Shown here: positions 48,965 through 62,100 of the stretch, one piece after another
Layout of the letters: each line of letters starts with the position of its first letter
Numbering within the stretch: the first letter of the stretch is position 1
DNA from: Curvularia clavata
Taxonomy: Eukaryota
NCBI GenBank assembly: GCA_023920165.1
Contig: CP089278.1
Coordinates: 3,100,001 to 3,164,000 of the forward strand
Reading direction: 5' to 3'
DNA length: 64,000 nucleotides
Notes under the pieces: model-generated
The model's database searches: none
What the model saw: only the letters and a program-made list of their open reading frames with translations
Told to the model about the DNA's origin: nothing
Made by a program: the position numbers and the translations under genes

Positions 48965-51081
48965 GTCTAACAGCACACGTGTGTCGGGGGAGTGGAATCT
49001 CGCCCTTGTGACTTTGGATGGATTACGAGGGGGTTTTGAACGAGATCTTGTCACTGTACAGTAGTACGTGGTCGTAGCAGTGGCAGCTGAGCCCAACGCC
49101 ACTCCAGATGTCCCAACGATTTGAGCACTTCGCGGCACCAGGCAGACACGGTCAACCAATGAGAAAGGCCGTCAGTGCATAATGTTGCCGTGGCGGAAAG
49201 GCGGGGGGGCGTGGAGTGTGATGGATCGTAGATGATCGAGTCGATGAACGGACCGTCAGTGTAGAGCGGGGGACCCGTATGGAAGAGCAGAAGATTTGGT
49301 AGAAGGAAAATGGCCTGAGGCGTAGACTCTCCAAGCTGGATGCGCCGCGGTCGGGCAGTCGCTTGATCGAGTGCTGTCAGCCAACCGATGGGTCGGTGGG
49401 CGAGGGATGTCCAAGCTTGGGGTAACAATCGGGAGCAAGGACGGCTAGAGTCCAAGGGACGACCCGCAGGTACTTGATCTATTAGTTTAACGTCTACCGA
49501 GGGCCACCGGGTGTGAGGAAGTGTGAGGCGCTCGGTCGACAAGGGTGTTTAGGACAGAAGGATTGGTTCCACGCCCCTACGAAAGCAATACTCCAAAAGG
49601 CGATGCTGCAGTGCTGATTAGCTCTAGTCCGGAGCGTGGTGGTGGAGACCCTGGCGCAGCTTCCGGCGCGGCGAGCGAACAACAAGGTTTTAATCACCGC
49701 AGTGCCTGTCAATATTGGACGGAGGAGACGAGGGCCGGGGAAGAATTGGCGAAGGCGGCCCCTTGGCAGCACATGTGACAACGCTGTGCAGTCCGGTGAG
49801 TGATGGGAGTACAATGGCAAAGCAAAGGTCGGCGTGGGTGTGTACCAGATTGGCGGATAGCTGGTCGTGCGGCGGCCAAAAGGGAAAGAAAAATGCTGTT
49901 GACGGAAGTGTCTGGCGTACAGGAGGACATGCGGGTATGCAAGAGGCAGTGAGGCTTTTTGCGGGCCCAAAGTGCCACCAAAGTCGAGATATAGATAATG
50001 GCTTCAACTTGGGCCAGCGGGTGGGGCCCTGGAGGTTACTGTATGCATGGTTGCGTGCCTGTGTTTCGTGAATACAGCCCAATGGCTCCGGAAAGCGGGT
50101 ACGGATCACGGCGCTTGCTTGATAGGGGACAAGACAGAGGGGAGAGACATGTGGCTCTAGGACCACACGGGAGGCCATCTCCGTGGTCGACTCGGACGCA
50201 GATCCGGGTGGTTAGGCTGAGAAGGGTTCCCAGACAGCGTAATGAAGCCTCATTGTTCCAGAAGATGATCGGTTCGTGCCTAAATGCCAGCGGTCCACAA
50301 CGCTTCTCCGAAAACGCCCAGGACACGCCTCTTCGGCGAGATTCCAGCAGGGGTCAACCTGCATGTGGGAATTGAAGGCTTTTTTTTTCGCTACCGCCTG
50401 TCACTTGTGGCCAAGATGTCTACGAGCATGTCGGGTGAGCATGGCGAATGCGTGGCAAAGACCGTGGCAGCGGCGCAGAGGGAATGTCAAGCCCAAAGCA
50501 GCATCGTCAAGGCGACATGTACCGAGAGCGCCGTCCGGGCGGTTCAGCCGAGAGCAATGAGTGGGCGAGGCTGCAGGATGGGGGTTTGGCTGCTTGGTTG
50601 GGTGCATGGCATGGATACCGTGCGGAGGGAAATGGGAAGACGGACTAAGCCACAAGAGGATGCCAACGGCGGGTGCGCCACAGACGACGTCAAGCCACCT
50701 TTCCCCACCGTGCGCCTGTCACCCAGACGTAATGCAAAGCTGAGATTGGCGGGAGTGGCGGCGACGAGGCCGCTGAGACGTGCAACTGCAACTCTGCTTG
50801 GCCGCCCTCGGCCTGCCCACTGCCGATGCAGAACCCGCCCGCCCCGTTTCCAACAAGGGCCCGGCCATCGTTGGGACCATGCACCCTCATCCTCCGAGAC
50901 GATCCCTGGCTATGGTTGCGTTCGCTGCTGGCCCTCAGACTGCACCGCACCACTACGCCGTACGACTATGGTACCACATGCCAGAACGTGTTTCCCCACG
51001 TTTGGCGCCCGTCCCGAGAGACCCACTCGACCACCTCACTCCCACGCCAGCTTTTTATCCGTATCCTATCCTATCCTGCCA

Positions 51082-51105
51082 TGCTTGCTTGCTTGCTTGC
51101 TTGCT
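51082..51105 (+). repeat. (TGCT)6 microsatellite
   Basis: Six perfect tandem copies. Confidence 0.9.
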
Positions 51106-53897
51106 CACGCGGCAGCAAGCCCATTCACGTCAGACGCTAGGCCACGTCCCGCGGGCGGTGACCAGGCACCGGGTTGGCCACGGGCGGCTCCTATTCATGC
51201 TCAACTGCCGAACCGCTCGTCTAGACCAAGATAATCCATCACCCATCGCCACGTCGAAGCTGACAGCTGCCGGTCGCCTAGTAGCAGGCGCGGATCGGGA
51301 GCCCTATGGGGCGTTCGCCGGAGGCCTCAAACACAGACTCGCACAGCTGCCATGTTTCTGATACAGGCTTGGCGCACACTAGCCTCCGCCCGAGAAAGCG
51401 ACAATCTCACCACCTTCTACGATTACGCCACTCGGAGCTTTGCTTGTTGTTTGATTCTTCTTGTTTCTTCCCTCCCTCGTCGCACCCGTCGCGTGCTGCG
51501 GGCACCATCCGCCATGTCTGCCGTTGAGTATTGATTCCATGCGCTTGCGCGCCTTGGCGGCTTCCATGGCCTGGAGCGACCCCTACCCACGATCTGCGCA
51601 AAGTGATCGCTTGCTGATCATTCGTGATTGCGCGGCCCCCCTGACGCACCGGCACTTGCCGTCGCAGGAAGCCAGCCGAGGGGCTCTCGACAAAGGCGAC
51701 ACGACATGACATGGTTCGAGTCAACCGCAACAATGCTAGCAGACTGCTCGTCCACGAGCCAGGGCCGCCGAATCTTTCTCAGCTCCCACGACGCCTGCAA
51801 CCAAAAGGGCGCCGTTAGCTGCGCGCTAGCCTTCCGCCTAGCCTGTCGACAGCGCCGCTGATCAACGCCTTGCGGAGTCTGATAGAGCGATACCGTGCAG
51901 AAAACCTTGCACGCGCTTGGAGAAGGAGAAAAAGCTTGGTAGCCCGCCCATGCAGGGCCAAAGTCGCAAAAGGGACATGTATGCCACAGATCGGTGGCGA
52001 CCTGACGACGCGTCCACTGGCGGCCGGCCTTTGCGGCACGTCGGCGAACGCTGTCAAGACTCCTGAAAAGGCATCAATCGACAAGATGATCGGCAACAGG
52101 ATCCAACGTGGTTGCCCCTGCAATATCCGCCCGCACTTGATTTCCCTGCCTGGCATTGTTCGGAACGTGCCACGACTTTTGTGAGGCCGCTTCTGCATAT
52201 GGACACACACACAATCACATAACCCCTCGTCAACGGCACACAATCGCGGGATTTGCCTGAGGCCATATCCGTTCAGATGACGGCCTCATCTCCGATGCAG
52301 TCCGCAGGTGTATTATGAATGCCATTACCAAGATCTTGGTCATCACCGGTTTCGCAACTTGAGACGAGTCTGGTGCCGCAATGTCAAATTCGCCGCGGTG
52401 TAATGTCCCGACTGAGTGGCTCAGTCAACCCCAAAACTCCAAACCTTAACTCGACTACCTCCACTCAACCACTCCAAGTAGGACGAATCCAAAGATTGTA
52501 TCCCTCTGCATAACGGAGAATTCTACGTTGCCTCGCTCGACGAGCTTTCACGCTAGCACACAACCGGGCTCCCTAGCACCCTCAACCACGTTATAGGGCT
52601 TAGTGCTATCCATCTCATGTTTTCCGAGAGGCCATGCATAACACCAGACCTCAGCAAGATTCTACGTACAACAATAATGCCTGTACATGGTAAATATTCT
52701 CATAGTCATGCTGAATGTCTTCGGCTGCTGGATACCCTTTGCAGCTAGTAGGTTAAAGCCGCCTCGGTACATTTACCTGCTGCATACATAGTCATCATTG
52801 TAGCCGTCAGCCGCCAAGGCCTTGACTCAGTGACCCGTATCCTGTCAACTCGCAATACCAAATCTACTCCTAGGCCCATTTGCTTTTTGTACGTTAGTAG
52901 CACCACCATAGTGCCTGACGAGTGGTTACAAGTTGAGTCCACTAGTGAGGCCCGAGTAGGCAAAACAGGATTTCAGCTCCACGACTTTGTCAGCGGCGTT
53001 AACCTGCAAGATCGCAGTTGTTAGCGACGGCCCATCAGCCTCAGGCCCCCACTCTGCAGCCAAATGCTGAAACAACGACAGCATAAAAAGTAATTGCGTC
53101 TATAAATATTCCAGCTGGCTACGCAAGTTTTTCTTCACCTCGCCTAAAGCATCAGCCTACGGCTCGGCCAGACCCTCATCTCCTCGGAACGAATCTCCGA
53201 GCGCATGAGCCTGTCCAGCTCCACAGTCTCCGACTAACCGGTAAAGTAGAGTACACGGATCATGTGGATGAAGAATTGTGGATGTTGTGGCTTTGTGGGG
53301 CCTTATGGGCCTTGGAAAGCAGTACGCTTGACGCGGTTGAGACGAGTAAACAGGATAAGGTAATGAGCCTAGATGCAAAGGGGAATCTTCCACGTTGCAA
53401 AAGTGCCATTTACGCCCGTATCCTACAACCTCGGCATTTGTTGTTTTTTGAAGCTGTGCACGCAAGGATCTGATAAGCAACTTCAAAAACAAAGACAGGA
53501 AGCGGGGCATAACGGCCAAAAGAAACATCGTTGACGCCAAGCAGCATGGCCTTATTACTCGGAAAAGCAATCTTACATCTTGCGCCCAACTTTGCTGTTG
53601 AACTGGAACCGTGGCAAATCCTTGTCAGTGCATGACCCTGGGTGCTTGGGCAAGATTGCTTGTGTATTGGTGGAACCGGTAGACAGGGAAGACCTGGGAC
53701 ACTCAGTCCGAGCAGAGCGTAGGCAACACAGAGGACACTCTGTGACAGTAAGGTATCGGATCTTCAGGACAGGCAGTCATGTTAAGGGGGATATGACTGT
53801 CCCTATGAGACAAGATCGGATCGTGTGACAAGTTGCAAAAGATCATGTGTGCGTATGTATACAGAAGAAACAGAACTATGTCATCCCGACCACCATC

Positions 53898-54974
53898 TCA
53901 CTCCTCTCCAGTCGGAATCTTCATCCCGTGCATCCCCTTATATCCACTCCTCTCGGGTCTCTTCCAATCCCTCAGCACCTCTCCCCTCACCTCCTCCTTA
54001 ATCTCAAACACCTCGACACGGATCGGCCGACACGTACTCTTCATATCGGGTTTATCCCCTTCAGTCTCATCCGCCTGATGCCACCCCCAAGCGCTCAAGT
54101 CGCCCCCGGGACAAGTACTCAACGCACACAGCAGATCCTGTTCCGCGAAAAACGTAATGAAGCTGTCTTTCGTGGCCGGACTGGCTTCCATAAAGTAGCG
54201 ACCCTGGGAATCTAGCCCAGTGACTTGAAAGACGTTGAGTACGTCGTGCACATCGAACTCTGTCAGACCGTGTGGCAGCACTGCTCGCACGAGATTCGAG
54301 TGGCAGTGGTAATCGTAGCTTGCGCCAGTGAGCATATGGGATACTGCTTTGGGTCAGCCTCTGGGAAACATTTCCCTTGCATTTACTCTTCTCTCTCTCT
54401 GGGTGTGTGCAGGTAAACACCGTTCCTCACAACCCCCTGAGCCATGAAACCAAGAAAATAGGAGACAAAAAAACCCCATACCATAAGGATCACACCTCGT
54501 CCCCAATAAATCATGACATCTCCCACCCCACCTAGTAACCACACCCCTCTCATCCCTCCTGCCCCCCTTCTCCCTCTCCCCACTGACCACACACCCATCC
54601 TCGATCATGCCACAAAGCGGTCTCATAAACGGCAGATTCGACCACAATCGATCCCCCTCCTTAACATGCGTCCCTTGCAACTGCCTCGTTCTCGCCGCCC
54701 AAAACCTCTCTCGAGGATCCGACGCATTCCAGATATTCAGGTCGCCGACTTGCGGGCCCGAAGGCGTAGAGAGCCGGAATAGCGAGCCAGCAGGGACGCG
54801 CCAGGCGTGTGCGCTGCGAGGGGAGATGAGTGTGTCGTGGGTTTTCTCAAGGGAGGAAGGAGGGAGCGAGCGGAGCGTCGTGTAGAGGGTTGTTGGGGGG
54901 TGGAGGGGGGACGAGGACGAGGTGGGGAAGTAAGCGGGGGCGGGGGGGATGTTGGATTCTGCGTTTGAGGCCAT
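53898..54974 (-). CDS. DUF1989 / urea-carboxylase-associated family protein
   Basis: GPQVGDLNIW, HDLLGTRCDPY, intron 54344-54481, HCHSNL, VHDVLNVFQVTG, LSTCPGGD. Confidence 0.88.
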
Positions 54975-55456
54975 ATTTGGGCAAAAATAGATTAGAGGTG
55001 GTGGTGGGCAGACGGTGATGTGATGTTTGAGTTGTGTCCCAGTTTGACAGCATGCACACGTCCAAGGAAAATGACGGGTAACACTACATAAACATTACCC
55101 GCAACGACTCGGTGCGCCCTGCATGTACTACCATTTGACTAGTCTGAGACCCACTGGTTTCGTATGCTTTCCAAAGCCGGCGATAACCGTGTTTTGTGAT
55201 TGCTATCATTGCGGCCGATATCGGGTTTGCTTTACGAGTAGTCGGTAGTAAACTTGCTGCTGCTGATGAGTCTGAGTGCACGAATTCGGAAAACACAGTT
55301 CTTGGCAAACGGCTGAGAAAGAACGTTTTGGTTGATGATTCATGGTACTTTTCATGTCCTAAATCACAATTTTTAAACTCCACTATCATGTTTTTATGCC
55401 CCGTACCCGATTTTTACACCAGTGAAAGACTTGGACCACAAACAGTTTCATGCAGC

Positions 55457-57480
55457 TTAGACACCCGCACTCTGAACATCCGCTTGTTCGCCATTGACAG
55501 CAGCCTCCAGCTTATCGACAATAGTACTTCCATTCGCTTTTTCCTTATTCGTTGGACTCGACTCGGGGCTAGGAATCTCCAGAGTGTTTGATCGCTTGGG
55601 ACGGAAGGGGATAGGTGTGGTTGGTCTTGACGACAGGAACTACCATATATTAGCATGCTTCTCGCAAACAAAGAATCCATTCAGAAAACTCACCGAAGAA
55701 GCAGCACTCAGCATGGCAATCAGAGATGCTTGGACCACATCTTGGTGGATGCCCACACCCCAGACCTTCTGAGAGCTTCCAGCAGCAGTACAACCTATGT
55801 AAGTCGCTGCTTTAGCGTCCTTGCTGGTACCAATCGTGTGCTCGTTGTAGTCTACAACGTCTAGGTCGATGCCCAGACTCCTCAGCGCATCAGCCAGGGA
55901 TGACAGGGCACCGTTTCCCGATCCCCGGATTCTGTGCTCTTGGCCATCGATCTCAATGACACCAGTGAAGATACGGCGAAGATTGCTGTTGCTGGCCGTC
56001 TTGCCGTCTTGTGGAGGCTGAGGTGTGGCTGAGCGATCTGCCTTGATCTCGTAGTCGATGAGAGAGAAACGAGGGTTGCGCTTCAGGTGGTATGCCTCTT
56101 CGAAGAGGACTGTGATTTCGCTGGGCAGGAGTTCGCGGCCAAGCATGTCCGTCTCTTTTTGGACAATCTTGGAAAAGGCAATTTGCAGACCACGCGGCAA
56201 GTCGAGTTCGAGCTGGCGCTGAATGATCCAGGCAATGCCTCCCTTTCCGCTTTGCGAGTTGACACGGATGATGGCTTCGTATGTGCGACCAATGTCTTGC
56301 GGGTCGAGAGGAAGGTATGGAATCTGCCATCGGCTCTCGTTTGTTGCACCGTTCTTCTGGCGCAACTGGAAACCCTTCTTGATTGCGTCCTGATGTGAGC
56401 CACTGAAGGCGCATACGACGAGCTGGCCACCATAAGGCGCGCGGGGATGGACTGGAATCTTGTTGCAGCTCTCAACCATGTCGATGACCGACTTGAGGTC
56501 AGAGAAGTCAATCTTGGGGTGAATGCCCTGAGTGTACAGGTTCAGGCCCAGGGTCACGAGGTCAACATTTCCAGTGCGCTCTCCATTTCCAAACAGCGTT
56601 CCTTCTACACGGTCTGCGCCTGCCATCTGAGCCAACTCCGCAGCCGCCACGGCGCAACCTCGGTCGTTGTGTGGGTGCAGCGACACGCAAATCTTTTCCC
56701 TCTCGCTAATGTTCTTGCAAAAATATTCAATCTGGTCGGCGTACACGTTGGGCGTAGACATCTCGACAGTGGCTGGCAAGTTGAAGATGATTGGGTTCTC
56801 GACAGAAGGCTCCCATGCTGCCTTGACTGCCTCGCAGACCTGGATGACGAACTCTGGTGACGAGTCTGAGAAGGTCTCTGGCGAGAACTCATAAGACCAG
56901 TGGGTACCGGCCTGCTCTGGGTCATCCTTTGTTATTGACCGCGCATACTTTGTGCATTCGACAGCAAGAGCAAGCGTCTCCTCGTTGTTCATGTTGAAGA
57001 CAATCTGCTGGAAGCAGGGGCTGGTCGCAAGGTACAGGTGGAGAATGGCTTTGCGCGCACCCTTGAGGGAGTCGACGGTTCGGCGGATGAGCTCCTTGCG
57101 ACACGGCGAGAGGACTTGTATAGCGACATCGTCTGGTATTACACCGGGCGTTTGGATGAGGCGTTGTGTAAAGTCAAAGTCAGTCTGCGACGCCGAGGGG
57201 AACGAAACCTCAATTTCTTTGTAACCAAGCTTGACGAGCATTTGGAAGTAGTCCCATTTTTGGGCGCCATCCTAGGGCCTGCGTTAGTGTACAGTCACGC
57301 AGCAGTGATATGTCGGTAGTAACACACCATGGGGTCGACTAGACTCTGGTTACCATCTCGCAGATCCGTCGACAGCCAGCGCGGTGGCTTGTCAATGGTC
57401 TTGTTTGGCCATGTCCTGTCTGGCAGATGCAATGGCTTGAAAGGCTGGTATTTCTTCCAAGGCTCTGCAAGCATCGGCAT
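55457..57480 (-). CDS. LEU4: 2-isopropylmalate synthase
   Basis: [63 protein letters not shown]. Last exon after an intron near 55640-55693. Confidence 0.96.
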
Positions 57481-57512
57481 GTTGGAGTATGGCGACGCGA
57501 TTTACTATTTTC

Positions 57513-57519
57513 TGAGTCA
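57513..57519. promoter_or_regulatory. Gcn4/CpcA consensus site TGAGTCA upstream of LEU4
   Basis: Exact TGASTCA 33 nt upstream of the ATG; near-consensus TGAATCA and TGATTCA about 190-230 nt upstream. Confidence 0.45.
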
Positions 57520-57801
57520 ATTGGTTCCGCTAGCCGACGACGCGGAAGGGGTATCGAGAGATGTTTTTGTGGATGAGGATGCAAGGAACTGCAAGGTGAC
57601 GGAAGAAAGCGGCTTTATAAAGAGAAAGACGTCGAGGTGGAAGTATTAGTAAAGGGCTACTGAGGTATGAATCACATCTACGAAGAAAAAAAGAAAAGTC
57701 TGGTGCTCGGTGATTCAAGGGCCTTAAGGCGAGTGCTGAATGGCATATGACGATGCGGGGCGCAGAAAATCGCTTGCGGCCTGTGCTCTGAACTGCGGGG
57801 T

Positions 57802-57811
57802 CCGATTTCGG
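57802..57811. promoter_or_regulatory. Leu3/LeuB binding site CCG-N4-CGG
   Basis: CCGATTTCGG about 320 bp upstream of LEU4. Confidence 0.6.
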
Positions 57812-58212
57812 GCTGCGAGAGCTGACGGCACCCGGGCCAATTGCATTGTGGCCATTGGCCGTCTCTCAGCCATCTGTGGCATGGTCGGAACAGTGCATCG
57901 CAAGCAATTTGTAGGGTGCATGGTGGTTGGCAGCATAGAGACGAGCACGCAGATTGCATACGAGCAGTGAGCGCTTCGGCTGCGGGGTGTGGGAACAGCA
58001 ACGTCAAGGCGAATCAACGACTACGGATATTTCAGGAACGCCGTCTAGCGCATACTCCAATTCGCCCAAAAAAGAAATTGCCTGGTAATAGCTACAAAAC
58101 GAACGCCTGCATCCGGCGACGAATACCGCGTCAATCTGCTGTATCACCGCCCAACCAGGACGGGAGCCTGCCGGTCCGGTGGCTATCTGCATGCTACAAA
58201 TCCCCAACCACA

Positions 58213-59986
58213 CTAGAACACCGGTACCCTCAAGCCACAGCAGTCAATCTCGCTGCCCTTGACCCCGACTGTGCGGCCAAAGTACAGACTGCCAAACTCT
58301 TGGACAAACGCCCGGTCGGCTTCTGACCAAGTGTCCAGCCCCATCCGCGAGAGGTCATCTCTGTCGATGATTAGCCCCTCTGCCTGGTCGTCGTCCTCAT
58401 TGTCCCGTTCGCCTTGCTGTTCGGCCTCGATTATTTGTGACAGAGATTGTATGAGCAACGACGACTGGCGGTGAAAGTAGGCAATGATGGCTGTCTCCAA
58501 CGACTGCGAGTACTCGGCCAGATCGCCAATAAGCTCGCGGTCCGCCTCTCGCTCTGCAGCCGCATATGCATCCTTTTCACCCGCAGACGCCCACCACATG
58601 TAGCCCATGTATGCAAGCCGCGACCAGGTCATGGGCTCCACCATGGTGTCATCGTATGTTTCGTTGAACTCGTCATTTGCGCGCTTGGTATCGACCTCTT
58701 CGCGTGACAGCAGCGGCGCCGCGTCGTCGTTTTCTTCGTCCGTATACGGCTCGGGTGCTGTCTGCGGCCGAGTTCGCTGTTTGTACAGTTCTTTGTGCAG
58801 GATTTTGAACCGCTCAACATCCCGTTGGCTGGCTTTAATCAAGCTGCCATCACTCGTCCGTATTCGCGGCCAGCATCGCTCTTGTGGCGGCGCGTCGTAT
58901 GTGTGTGGCAGTTCAACTATGATGTCGTAAAGCTTTGGCTTTGTAGATATGATTTCGTCGGTGGTGCAGGCGACCCAGCCGATCGATGAATCGGCGCCTG
59001 GCGTATGCCCGCCGTGTCTCGGTGTGCTCATGTCTTCGAGGTAAGGTATATCATGGACGCCGACAGAGAAGAGACAGGGCAGACGCAACAGGTCTTCGGT
59101 ACCAGGCGTGAGATGTTCAGTGTCGTGCGGCGATATGCTTGAGAGGATGGAGAGGTTGTATACTGGTCGAGTCAGCGTCATTGTCAAATCATGCACAGAG
59201 CTACCCAGAACCTACCAAATTCGCAAGCCGTCCTGACTGGTGGAATGCCCACAAACATGATCCTCTTTCTCAACAGCGCTGCCTGCTGCAGCCGGAATAC
59301 CAGCGGCCCAAATACATCCAGGAAGCGCTGAATCGATAGTGCTGGGTGGTATTTGGGGAGGCTCTCCTCGTCCTTTGGAACAGCGGTTACTGTTGAAATG
59401 GCACGCGCCCTACTGTGCCCTTTAGCCTCACCGTCTGAAGCCCCACCAGCCGCATAAATGTGTCTTTCCGTCTGCTCACGCCAGAATTCCTCCAGGGGTG
59501 CTACCGTCTCACTGTCATCGGCCAGTGCCGCTGCCAGCTTCTCTAGGCGCCCAGCTAGCAGCCATGCTCTTCCCAGGCGTCCAAATTCGCCCTCCTTTTT
59601 AACAAGTATGCCTACAGAAACAAAATTGGCATTGCGCTCCTCGGCGCCTGCGTCGCCCTTTGCAAATGCGCTGAGGCCGGCGTAGCCTTCGTGTGTAAAG
59701 TAGACGAGATCATTCTGTACCGAATGCAGGCCGGAAGGCAGTGATTTGTATTCGACGGCATTTTCGAGCGTGATATCCGGGGTTGCGGTGCGTTTCCACG
59801 AGACGGTATACCTGTGGCTGGTTCAGCGCATAGCTCCTTGAGGTACTCAGGCAGCAGGATGGAGAGCTATCGCATGACGTACCCGACCTTCTTGTCGAAC
59901 TTGATGAGAAACAAGGCCTCTACGCTGGGCGCATCCTCGCCGTGCGAGTCTACGTTTGTCGCGCTCGACTGGGTCGAAGCCAACAT
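58213..59986 (-). CDS. DENN-like protein (DUF4484/DENND11/Anr2-like)
   Basis: LFLIKFDKKVG, intron, YTVSW, VEYKSLPSGLH, YHPALSI, FGPLVFRL, VYNLSILS, GWVACTTD. Confidence 0.8.
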
Positions 59987-60580
59987 GGTGGCTGATGCGA
60001 TTGAAGGTTTGGCTGCTGCGCGGCTGGTGATGCAACGGCTGCCAGGGCGCTTCGCTTATGGGAGGGGAATTGCCCCGGCCGCGCTCCACGTCGATCCACT
60101 TGCCGTCTCAGCCGAGCATTAATGTGTACTACTATTCTCCAACATGACATGAACGCACAACAGTGAGTATCTGTCATTCTTCATACAAGTGTGCGAATTC
60201 CTAATTGCCGAGATTATCATTTTGACTGGCATTGTCTAAGTTACCACTCGTGCTCTTTAGTCATCTTTTTCACATGGTGAAACTTCATTTTCAAGAATTA
60301 GAAAGACGTCTTCCATCGCAAGCAAATCTAATCATACACTCACTCCGCGCTCAGTGCTTCGAAAGCGCAAAGATCTAGCCTAATCATCTCCAGAGTGGAG
60401 TACAATATAAACATCCTTACATTTGTGCTACAACCCCTAATCCTCCCTTACGGAGAAATACCTACGGACAATTGTGACCGACAGACATAAAACGCAACAA
60501 GCTTCTGCTCCCGCAAAGGTGGCTTGACAAGAACTCCACTGCGACTGTCTCTCGGCAATTCAGACTTCTGTCCTAGTCTC

Positions 60581-61018
60581 TCAATCCGATTCATCATAGA
60601 AGATCTGTGCTATCCTATCTTCATTCCTGAGCCTCGTAGTAAACACGGCAACCGCACCAGCCGGGAAGTCCTTGATGGCAGCGGTCAGCGTGGCCTGACT
60701 TCTGATAGCCAGGTATTGCTGGTGGCGTGGCGAGAGGTATAGCGTATCGGTAAAGCGGAAACCTGAAAAGTCACTGTATGTATGAGCTTCTTCGCTGAGA
60801 AGCTCCCACGATAGTGTCCCGTCATATGAGACTTCCTCGGGGTCGAGCTCGGCAATGACCTTGTCGGGCTTGTCGAAGAGAACTCGAACAAATTTTATCT
60901 TTGTCAGTCGGTGACAGGGCTCGATAGTGTGGTTGTCGGCGCCGAAGTTGTTCATGAAGCGCACTCCCTTCATTCCTGCATCGTTGTAGGGATTGTGATG
61001 GGGATTGTGCGCAGCCAT
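60581..61018 (-). CDS. hypothetical protein (145 aa)
   Basis: ATG in good context (ACCATGG) with a plausible TATA upstream; no recognisable motif. Confidence 0.5.
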   Translation of the reverse strand: MAAHNPHHNPYNDAGMKGVRFMNNFGADNHTIEPCHRLTKIKFVRVLFDKPDKVIAELDPEEVSYDGTLSWELLSEEAHTYSDFSGFRFTDTLYLSPRHQQYLAIRSQATLTAAIKDFPAGAVAVFTTRLRNEDRIAQIFYDESD

Positions 61019-62100
61019 GGTCTCGGTATGAGTAGGGGACGTTGCGTTGAGTTGGAGAGTGGATAGGTAGGGAGTAAGAACCGAAGCTTGGTCGAGCGAA
61101 TTGGTCTTATTTGCTTCTGACTACAAGTGGGAGTGGGGAATATAAAGATTAAGCGCACGTGGTAAAAATTAGGCAGTTACTTACTGCAGACGAGGCAGGT
61201 ACAAACATAATCTCACCCTCACTCTGACCCTCAGTTTCCTTTTGACTCTCTTCCGGGTGATGGTGACGTAGCAATATGCCGAGGGAGTACGTTTAAGGTT
61301 TTTAGATAGCGCATACGCGTGCGTGTGTGGATGTTTGCGTGAGTGAGTGTGTGAGAGAAGGGAAGAGAAAGACCGCCCAAACACACCTGCGCACCTTTTA
61401 CGCCATTACCACAAACAAACACCTCGCACTCCAACCTCGCACCAACGCCACACCAACCACTACATCTCCCTTTGCAAGAACCTCCTGCCCACCACTTCTC
61501 CTGCTCAGCTCCGCATAGCTGTGCAAGATGTGGAAAAGGGCGGTTCGAGAAATCGAAGGACGAGACTTGTGGTCTGTGACAGAATACGCTTAAGAGAAAA
61601 TTGAAGAGTAGCCTTGGAGCTATGTAGAGCGAGCATGGAGATACCTTCTTAGATATTCAGAAAATATTCTCAAAGTTTATAGAAAACCCACCATCTTGTG
61701 GTGGCATTGGAGGCTTGTAAAGCAATGACCCTGGGGCAACTTTATTGTTTTGATACTAATTGAAGTTGATGCCGAGTCCCCTTGTCTTTTTGAACAGGGT
61801 CCTGATATGTAAAATGGTAGAGTGGAGCAAGATATCTGGCTCGAAGTAAGATAAAAAGAATGTGATAAAGGGTCGCTTTGAACAGTGAGTATATTCGGTT
61901 ATTGATATGCTGGTGCTGCTTCACTCAAATAATTGGACACAGTTGAAGCAGAATCAAGCACAACAGTACAATTGGGTATTAACAAATCGGAAAAGCTGAA
62001 CCATTACAGCCATACACGCATAAATGACGAGCGGTCTTCCACTCTCTACTAAATGCCCCCTCATAAATCCATCTTCATCCTCTTCCAATCCAAACTTCAT

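Noticed and set aside
50284..51361. 316-aa and 193-aa ORFs upstream of the TF
   Set aside because: GC-rich low-complexity translations that run through a microsatellite; no domain features
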